From positions 1 to 20,308 of the forward strand of contig JBBCAW010000157.1 of assembly GCA_051382295.1 (NCBI GenBank): a DNA stretch of 20,308 bases, read 5' to 3'. The notes below the pieces were generated by a model that did no database searches, was not told the DNA's origin, and saw only the letters and a list, made by a program, of their open reading frames with translations. The DNA comes from Bdellovibrionota bacterium FG-1 (lineage in GTDB: Bacteria; Bdellovibrionota; UBA1018). Positions 6,583-13,876 of the stretch are shown here, one piece after another. How positions within the stretch are numbered: the first letter of the stretch is position 1; each line of letters opens with the position of its first letter. The position numbers and the translations under genes are program-made.

Positions 6583-6873
6583 GTTTTTTCTCCATTGGTT
6601 TGTTGTTTTGAGATGTTTTTTCTGCTTCATCCCTTCAAAGCGCAGCGTGGGATGAAGTTGAAAAAAAAGAGCCTTCGGGGGAGCGGCCCCGGCAGACTCT
6701 TCAGAGCAATAAGGGAGTGACGGAGCGTAGCGACGGCGCGAGTCTTTGCAGGCTGACGGATCAGGACGCGGCGGAGAAGGCGCGGGCTCGCAAAACAATC
6801 AGGACCAATGGGACTTAAACCTGGATTTGAAAACGAATGAGCAGAGATCTCACGAAACGAGTGGTCTTGAACG
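6534..6873 (+). promoter_or_regulatory. Long branched fold-back element 2, candidate ssDNA promoter or priming signal (Frpo/ssi-like)
   Basis: 6560-6581 pairs with 6828-6849 (19 WC + 3 G-T). Further stems: 6592-6599/6804-6811, 6603-6610/6791-6798, 6671-6676/6776-6781, and internal hairpin 6625-6657. GCGCAGC and GCGTAGC mini-hairpins are present. The function is inferred. Confidence 0.65.
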
Positions 6874-7608
6874 CGATGCTACGGCTCGCGAAATCCGCAC
6901 GGTCTGCGAGCTACCGGGTAGGGGACGAGCGCGCTTTGCCGGGACACTGTCGTATTCGCCTTACGGTTGCGGCGTGGAAGCTCGATCGCCGCAGGGAGCG
7001 CCGGACTCGCAGGTCGCCACCCCCTCCTGGTGCGCCTTTTGATGCCGGACAGCGTTAAACCTCCGGGCTCACGAGCTGCGCACGTTCGCTGAACATCCGG
7101 GAAGGCTTTCGCACGCGGGGCATAGATGGACGATGCACTTGGATGGATTGGGTATTTCCGGCGCACTACTCTGGAAGATGCTTGAACTCAGAATGAATGG
7201 GATGGAGCGCCTTCTGTAACGGCGTGAGAAGTAGCCCCTGATAAAGATGGCTCGGACTTGCGTAGAATGATTCCACGGATTTTGAATGAAGCATGTGGAA
7301 AATGCGCCTGGACCCCGCAAGTGGGTCAGAGGCGTCGCCCGGCAGCGCCGGGCCAGCGGATAAAGTTGGCTCAAGAGTCGCCTTCTGATTTCAGCGTAGA
7401 TTCTTGTGCGATATGCCGGGCGCCTTCGGTCATCGCCATTATCGGTCGCCGCTATTTTCGTACTAGACGCTCACGTGCTACTCAAGTGCTTTCAGAGCGT
7501 GGCAGGGACAGCACTGCGGTGGAGTTTTTCATCAAGACGATTAGGCATCGCCCGGCCCAACGTGACCCTCCCTCATCGCCTTTCGGCTTTCCGAAGGGAG
7601 GGCCTCTT

Positions 7609-7767
7609 ATGGTCCAGAATCAGTCGAAGCCAATCTTAGTCATTGATGTGAGACTCCATCTACGCGGGCGCTTGTACCAGCTCCGCCTTGCGGACGCTCT
7701 GAAGTGGCTGGTGCCGCTCGTGGTGGTTATCGTGCGAATAGTAGCAGCTCTGCGGCGCAGCCCGTAA
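7609..7767 (+). CDS. Small (52 aa) protein with a C-terminal hydrophobic helix; possible type I toxin
   Basis: ATG 7609 follows GGGAGG SD; C-terminus LKWLVPLVVVIVRIVAALRRSP; followed by a strong hairpin at 7779-7806. Confidence 0.55.
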   Translation: MVQNQSKPILVIDVRLHLRGRLYQLRLADALKWLVPLVVVIVRIVAALRRSP

Positions 7768-7778
7768 GGACTGCCTTC

Positions 7779-7806
7779 TGCCAGCCGTCAAGGACGATGG
7801 CTGGCA
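7779..7806. terminator. Hairpin between convergent genes
   Basis: TGCCAGCCGTC / GATGGCTGGCA, 11 bp with one G-T on the + strand; no U-tract. Confidence 0.5.
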
Positions 7807-7824
7807 CCTATCCACGTCGTCGAA

Positions 7825-8910
7825 TTATCCCACAGAAGCCAGGCTATATTTGCTCAATGCAGCTTTATCAACAGAGTCCACGACTGTCGCGAGATATTCA
7901 AATTTATCGAGAAAGTCATCCAACGTCATACAGTGCTCTTGGTTGATGGTAAACAGTCCTGGGTAGTGCTGTAGAAACCGCTCATCCACAATCCCGTTGC
8001 GATGCGAATAAAGGTGACGAATCTGAAGCAGTTTCTCGATGCCTTCTTGGTAAGCATCGGTCAGTACACCTAAAGACGCGATTTGGGGATTCTCCGTGAT
8101 AAAGCCCTTCACGCTTCCTCGTTGCAACTTCGCCAGCTTCTTCTTCGCGTAGAAATCAACGAACTCCTGCATATCGGAGCAGTCCAAGACCTCCTTCAGA
8201 GTTACCTGCGCTGCGGACTTCAGGGTGTCCGGCTTCGCAAGATAGATTTCGTAGAGAAGATCCGAAAGATACGTCTCGAAATTATCAGTACAGGATGAAA
8301 AGAGAATGCGCATGAGCATCTTTCCCTCCTGGTCTGTGGTCACTTGGGCGGGAGAAACCGGATAAAGCACTTTCCCTAGATCATCGACGATATTCAACAC
8401 GCTTCTAAAATGGTCGATAAACTTCGCACCAGATCCCGTACATCCTGCCTTGAAGGTGCTCAGCCGAGCAGAAATAGCTTTCAGTCTCGCATAACTCTCG
8501 GGAGTAATTTCACGAATGTTCGAGTTGGTAAGTACAGTTTTGGCACCTTGTCGAACAAAAACCTTACCCTCGATGGACACGGGGCCAGCCGACTTTTCGA
8601 CGAAAATTACAAACAACCGTTTCTGACTGTGCTCTAAATACTGAAATGAAACCGACGGACGCGGAGATAGAAGGTCAACTGCCCGCTGAGTAATTTCGTT
8701 GGCCCGAAAATCTTCGCTAAGCCCATTGACCAGAAGTTTTCCAGAGCTTTCAACAACACCAAGAACGAGATAGCCGCCTTTCGCGTTCGCAAAAGCACAA
8801 ATCAGTTGCCCAACCGTTCTGGCTGGCGGCAAGACCGCCTTGTACTCTAGGCGCTCGTCCTCCGGCTGCCCAATTAAACGGCTAATCTCTACAGTATCAA
8901 TTACGGTCAT
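7825..8910 (-). CDS. Schlafen/AlbA_2 domain fused to a C-terminal HEPN-like RNase domain
   Basis: N-terminus EDERLEYK...ICAFANAKGGYLVLGV. C-terminus has FETYLSDLL and the Rx4H motif IRHLYSHRNGIVD. ATGA overlap with the upstream gene. Confidence 0.85.
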   Translation of the reverse strand: MTVIDTVEISRLIGQPEDERLEYKAVLPPARTVGQLICAFANAKGGYLVLGVVESSGKLLVNGLSEDFRANEITQRAVDLLSPRPSVSFQYLEHSQKRLFVIFVEKSAGPVSIEGKVFVRQGAKTVLTNSNIREITPESYARLKAISARLSTFKAGCTGSGAKFIDHFRSVLNIVDDLGKVLYPVSPAQVTTDQEGKMLMRILFSSCTDNFETYLSDLLYEIYLAKPDTLKSAAQVTLKEVLDCSDMQEFVDFYAKKKLAKLQRGSVKGFITENPQIASLGVLTDAYQEGIEKLLQIRHLYSHRNGIVDERFLQHYPGLFTINQEHCMTLDDFLDKFEYLATVVDSVDKAALSKYSLASVG

Positions 8911-11468
8911 ATCGGAAACTTTCTAATCCCTGCTGTTTTTAAAATGTGGCCCAATGTAATTTGGCGTGGTTCTGCTCCGTCATCAACCCAAAGCTCCGCG
9001 TGCTCGTAATCCAGTACATCCCGCTCGGAGCCATAGTAGATGATGACCTCTCCATTGTAAGCGGGGCGAGTCACCACGTTAATGCTCTGCCCATCCTTTA
9101 GAATCCCAGCGAGCACCGTAGGAGCTGTTTCATCAAGGTCGGCCAAATCGTAATTCGGTTGTGTTCGCAGGTGGTCGATAATAGTTTTCTTGGCTTTCGC
9201 AATAAGACTCTGAGCGTAGACGAACATATCGGTCGTTGGTGTGGACTCATGAGAAAACAGCCCTGCGAGATCCTTGTCTTTGATCGCCTCGGTCCACTCT
9301 TCAACCGAAGAGATCCCCATATTCACCAAGATCTCTTGCGTAATAGGTAAAATGGCACCTGTCCTAGTGGCGAGAGCTGCCCGAAGCTCTGTGACGCTCT
9401 TGACATCAAACTCGGTTAACAGCGCGGCCAGTTGCTCGGCTTTCTCAATATTTTCTAGAATTTCCTCGTCATCATAGAGGAGATGCTTTTGCTTATAGAG
9501 TGTTGGAAATAGGGCTTTTGCTCGTTCAGAGTTCTCACCGAACCATGCGAGTAGCTTCCTAAATGCGGGACGAAAAGACCTGGCACCATCTCTGTCATTA
9601 GTCTTCTCCTGAACCTCAGAGGTAATTTCACGGACTGCATACGCCTTATCGCGGGTATCCAAGGCTTCAAAATGTCCATCGATCTCCCTATCCATGAGGG
9701 TGCTTCTCACGTCACTTCCTAGCAGTGCCAAGATATCTTTGAAGTCCTCAGGAATATCCCCCGCGTCATGCGAAAGATCCGCTCTTTTACAAAGAACGCC
9801 ATTCTGATTCGGAAAAATTTTATGCTTGTTCAATAAGGAGTCTACTTCGGTCTCTTCAAGTTTTAATAGTTCGTAAAAGTCAGCCAACCACTCGTGAACA
9901 TCTTTATTCGGTAGGACTTTTTGAAGTTTCTCCAGCGTGTCTTTCAATTCCACGAATTGAGCAAATTGGCTAGTAGAAAGCTTGCCACAGTCATCCCAGA
10001 CTAGGTCGTTCCAGAGCTCAACATCCGAACGCTTCGGCACCTGGTGCGAAAACCAATGGCTTGCACAGAGCCATAACCTATCCCGAATTTCCTTCGTGGC
10101 CCCTTTCGGAAACCAAATATATTTTGTTCCGTCGGGCGATAGAATCGAGGCTAAAGCGTCATCACTTGCCGTTCTGACAATTTTTGAATGGATTAGGACT
10201 TTGCGAATCGGATTTAGAACAGCGTCTCTGTACCAGCTAGATTCAAGCCAATCCAACGTCGGCGGTGCCATCTGTATGTTAGCCAGCAAGTGGAGATTCT
10301 TCCAGCCGCTCTCGGAGGCATGATCTAGCAGCTTGAGATAGGATTCGACGGCCTCCTGAATAATGAGCTTGTTCTCTGCAATTTGAGGAATTGTGCGTTG
10401 AGTGTGATTAAGGAATACGCCGTCGCGGGGGTCTGTCGGGCCAAAGTTGGGGTTGTTGACAACGATCGGGAGCGGAAGGCGTTCGGTACCAATCAACGGA
10501 AAATCGCAAAATAGTCTCGGAACTTGAGCCCCTATTTCAAGAATATGAATTGACCCGTTTAATTCTTTCACGGGAATGGCGATCGTGGTGAAGTTCTTAC
10601 GCAAAATTGCCAGCGTTTGAGTGCTACTCGAATTGGACTTATCTAAGCTCTCAACCGAAACCGAGACCAGTTCGATTTCTCCATCTGCGGCAACGGCAGC
10701 CTGACGAGTAGTTACCGAGAACCTGCGGGAAATCGCGGAAGCGTTTTCAATCTCTTTTACGAAAACAAGAGTGTACGGAATACATCGCACGAAATCTGCT
10801 AGGCCATTAGCGGCTATTTTACGACTGAGGTCGTCCGAAAGCGGATACCGGAACTCAGTATTAAAAGCCCCCTCGACGTACTTACGGTAGGGTTGAATAC
10901 TGTCTATCTGTTCCATCGAACCCTTCGCTGTCCTAACCGCTTCAGTGATCGTCTCAAGGTCGTCGCCTCGACGGTCGAGGAACAGAGTAAACTGGCGATA
11001 GTCGAGATCCGGCTCCTTTACGACGGCTTGGACGAAGACAGCTTCCGAAAGCAGGTGCGTGCTAAGAAACCCGGTGCCAAATTTCCCGGTCGTCTTCTGT
11101 TTCCCGCTGTCGTCTTTTTTTCGATCTTTGGTGGAAATTTGCTCGATCAAAAAGCGAATATTCTCCGCAGAAAATGGCTGACCGTTGTGCCTAAAGGTAA
11201 CGTGAGCATCTTCGCCATTGAGAGAGGAGCTAACCTCGACTTTTACCCTCTGCCCACCGTGGACGTCCTTTGCATTTTGAATCAGCTCCCAAATCCAACG
11301 CCTCGGCGAGGTTGTAGAAGAGGCCGCCTTAGACCTCAGCTCGGTCATTTCGCGAAGAATTTTTGTCGCGATGATCTGGTAGTGAGCTCTCTCTTCTGAG
11401 GCCGTGAACTTTTCCCTGTAAGTCATTAATCTTCGCTCAGACCTCGCATCAAGCCGTTGGTAATTCAT
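8907..11468 (-). CDS. GHKL (sacsin/NOV/MORC-like) ATPase domain protein, 853 aa
   Basis: RRWIWELIQNAKD, HNGQPFS, GKFGTGFLSTHLLS, LFCDFPLIGTE. The start may be ATG 11426. Confidence 0.88.
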   Translation of the reverse strand: MNYQRLDARSERRLMTYREKFTASEERAHYQIIATKILREMTELRSKAASSTTSPRRWIWELIQNAKDVHGGQRVKVEVSSSLNGEDAHVTFRHNGQPFSAENIRFLIEQISTKDRKKDDSGKQKTTGKFGTGFLSTHLLSEAVFVQAVVKEPDLDYRQFTLFLDRRGDDLETITEAVRTAKGSMEQIDSIQPYRKYVEGAFNTEFRYPLSDDLSRKIAANGLADFVRCIPYTLVFVKEIENASAISRRFSVTTRQAAVAADGEIELVSVSVESLDKSNSSSTQTLAILRKNFTTIAIPVKELNGSIHILEIGAQVPRLFCDFPLIGTERLPLPIVVNNPNFGPTDPRDGVFLNHTQRTIPQIAENKLIIQEAVESYLKLLDHASESGWKNLHLLANIQMAPPTLDWLESSWYRDAVLNPIRKVLIHSKIVRTASDDALASILSPDGTKYIWFPKGATKEIRDRLWLCASHWFSHQVPKRSDVELWNDLVWDDCGKLSTSQFAQFVELKDTLEKLQKVLPNKDVHEWLADFYELLKLEETEVDSLLNKHKIFPNQNGVLCKRADLSHDAGDIPEDFKDILALLGSDVRSTLMDREIDGHFEALDTRDKAYAVREITSEVQEKTNDRDGARSFRPAFRKLLAWFGENSERAKALFPTLYKQKHLLYDDEEILENIEKAEQLAALLTEFDVKSVTELRAALATRTGAILPITQEILVNMGISSVEEWTEAIKDKDLAGLFSHESTPTTDMFVYAQSLIAKAKKTIIDHLRTQPNYDLADLDETAPTVLAGILKDGQSINVVTRPAYNGEVIIYYGSERDVLDYEHAELWVDDGAEPRQITLGHILKTAGIRKFPI

Positions 11469-11611
11469 TGGTTTTATTACTATATATCATTGACACGCAA
11501 GCCATTTTGCTTTCCCTTTTCCATCGTTGAACTTGCTGAGGCCCCTTCCCTGAACCACCTATGATTGCCAACCAGGCCCCTCACGCAAATAAATTCTGGG
11601 GCAATTCTTAA

Positions 11612-12103
11612 CTACGTTCGAAACACCCAGCCTAGCGCGCGCTGCAAGCCCAGGACATTCATGCAATCAAGTCCAAGCACCTGGCACGCATCAGGAATCA
11701 TCATTCGAGAATTCTTCGGACCATTGGGAGTTTCCTGGGTGACCACCGCGCCACCGCGACTCAAGGCCGCGGCGACGACATAGGGATCAGCCTCGTCTTT
11801 TTTTCGAGTCGGATCGATCAAGGTACTACATTTACCCATAACAACCGGCATCGCAGCCGCAAGTTGCTTATCCATTGGAAGAAAAAGTTTGACGCGATCC
11901 TTCGCCCAAGCCGACAGGCCATCGTCGGCTCCAACCAATTCCTCCAAAACGGGCTCGATCGATAGCAGGGTCCCAGTCTCTATTGCCGCGTCGAGCTGAG
12001 CCCAAAACGCAGGATAGATGTCTATCGGATAGGCGCGTTTCCACGCCCAGATGAGAGCGCTTGTATCCAGAATGAAAATCTTGCCAGTCTTAGATCCACT
12101 CAT
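11612..12103 (-). CDS. DUF4411 family PIN-domain protein (putative toxin/RNase)
   Basis: FILDTSALI, YPIDIYPAFW, VLEEL, ADPYVVAAA, VVTQE, IPDAC. Confidence 0.9.
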   Translation of the reverse strand: MSGSKTGKIFILDTSALIWAWKRAYPIDIYPAFWAQLDAAIETGTLLSIEPVLEELVGADDGLSAWAKDRVKLFLPMDKQLAAAMPVVMGKCSTLIDPTRKKDEADPYVVAAALSRGGAVVTQETPNGPKNSRMMIPDACQVLGLDCMNVLGLQRALGWVFRT

Positions 12104-13270
12104 CTACTGGCCCGCCCCGCCTGCGATTTCCGGGCTCATTTTTTCGATCAACTTAAAGCTGAGACCTAAATATCTCGTAAGCTCCGGTGCCGTAATTAGT
12201 CCGCGAAGATAGCTGGTTACCGCCAATCTCGTAAACGGTTCCCCGTTATATGAGTAAACGCGTACTTGATAGGGTGGGCCACCATCGACTGTCTTCGCCT
12301 TCGCCGCAAATCTCTTCCTAAGACTGTCTCGGTAGCCCTGGTAGCTTGCGCCCGATAGCTTCCCCAGATCAGTGAGCCTGCGTAAAATTACCTCCCAGCT
12401 CACCTGAAACCGATTGGACAACGTCGCTAACAATTCCGCAGTTATCTGCGCCTCAGCCCGCAGCGAGGCGATCTCTGGTTGCCGCGTGAGCAGGGCCTTA
12501 GGAAGTAGACACTCCGCTGCCAGGGCATTACAGAAAACCTCGCTTGGCGAGAAGCCCCCGCGCGCCTCCATGTCCCCAATGCCAGAGACCCGGAGCAATA
12601 AATGTCCGAATTCATGGAGCAGCGAAAAAGTCCTCGGCTTCACCTGATCCTTGGTGCTCAGTAGGATGATTGGATACCGCTCGTGGAATATCGCCAGTCC
12701 TCGAAGCTCATCTAATGACTTGAGGCTCGCCTGAAATACCAGCACACCCACGTCTTCAATCGCCCTCTTCCAATGATTAAAGGATGCATAGTCGCTTGGA
12801 AACGAAGTCTGGCGCTCGTCAGTGACGCCAAACAGTTCACGCAGCTTAACGGCGAGTGCCTCAATGTCCGATTCTAAGGTCGCGCTAAGTGTGAAAGTTG
12901 GAATCTCGCTTCCCAGTTTTCGCGCCAGCTCAAGAGCGTCATTCCGTTTCCGCTGGATATCACGAAGTTCGGCGACAGTAGACGGCGCCAGTCGGCGTCT
13001 TTCGGCATCGTTCAAAACGCGAAAATCTTTGGGGATGGCAGGATCGGTCGGCACTTGCGACAGAAAAAAAGTTGCCGAGATCCTTTTGTAGACGTTCGAT
13101 ATTTTTTTTAGCTGCGGAAAGCTCGGTTGCTTTTCACCAGCCTCCCATGCGGCGAGGTTTTCCCTTGAAATGCTAAGCTTATCCGCCGCGTCATCCAACG
13201 AATATCCGATCGCCTCCCGTGCCCAGCGCACTACTGCGGGATTTACTGGCATGAAAACTCTCTCAGCCAC
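12104..13270 (-). CDS. XRE HTH + ImmA/IrrE (COG2856) Zn metallopeptidase
   Basis: N-terminal HTH (VRWAREAIGYSLDDAADKL...WEAGEKQPS), DFR motif, FSLLHEFGH (HExxH), EVFCNALAAECLLP. GTG start with GGAG RBS. Confidence 0.93.
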   Translation of the reverse strand: MAERVFMPVNPAVVRWAREAIGYSLDDAADKLSISRENLAAWEAGEKQPSFPQLKKISNVYKRISATFFLSQVPTDPAIPKDFRVLNDAERRRLAPSTVAELRDIQRKRNDALELARKLGSEIPTFTLSATLESDIEALAVKLRELFGVTDERQTSFPSDYASFNHWKRAIEDVGVLVFQASLKSLDELRGLAIFHERYPIILLSTKDQVKPRTFSLLHEFGHLLLRVSGIGDMEARGGFSPSEVFCNALAAECLLPKALLTRQPEIASLRAEAQITAELLATLSNRFQVSWEVILRRLTDLGKLSGASYQGYRDSLRKRFAAKAKTVDGGPPYQVRVYSYNGEPFTRLAVTSYLRGLITAPELTRYLGLSFKLIEKMSPEIAGGAGQ

Positions 13271-13419
13271 GTCTAAGCTCCACCCTTAATGCCAGGAATA
13301 GCTTCACAGAAGCGGCCATGGGGTAGCGAAAAGCAAGCTCTTGAAACTGAGAAGCGTTCAGATAAAAGTGTGTCGCTTTGTCCCAAGTCATTCCAGGTGC
13401 CCTCTTTCAAAATATTGGC

Positions 13420-13788
13420 TCACAGTAAAGCATTCCCGACAGTTTGCGTCACCAACTGCGCTTCAAGGGTCCGCGCCCAGGTATCCGCAAGCTCCACCAG
13501 TGCGGTTTGTTTTTGGAGATTCGTAAGTGTGCGACCATTCACACAGACCTCCGACCGAATCTGCTCACCATTCGACCCGAGGTATTCGATCGGCCACCAG
13601 CATTCCGCGCCTTCACTCTTCTCGACCCGAATCGTGAACGCAAATTCGGTCTGTTTTTCGGACCCATCGGTATACTTCTCGATCCTCACGAGTGCCGGCC
13701 CTAGATGCGAAACCATCAGGCCCGACGGCAACCCGCGCGCTAGCAACTGCTTAATAATCTTCCGTAATTTCTTTGAACCAATCTCCAT
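13420..13788 (-). CDS. Hypothetical protein (122 aa)
   Basis: ATG with GAGG RBS; co-oriented between the DUF499 and peptidase genes. Confidence 0.65.
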   Translation of the reverse strand: MEIGSKKLRKIIKQLLARGLPSGLMVSHLGPALVRIEKYTDGSEKQTEFAFTIRVEKSEGAECWWPIEYLGSNGEQIRSEVCVNGRTLTNLQKQTALVELADTWARTLEAQLVTQTVGNALL

Positions 13789-13876
13789 CCCGTAGCCTCT
13801 CTCTAGTTTGCCTCGGCAGACACTCTTCTAATGCCAGCACTCCATGAGCAAAACCCATTCCAACCAGATTCATCCT

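Noticed and set aside
6583..6798. N-terminal extension of the 6193 ORF to 6798
   Set aside because: It runs through the fold-back element; ATG 6582 has a clear RBS and matches the paralogue's start.
7258..7608. First 117 codons of the 169 aa ORF 7258-7767
   Set aside because: Non-protein-like composition; a strong SD precedes ATG 7609.
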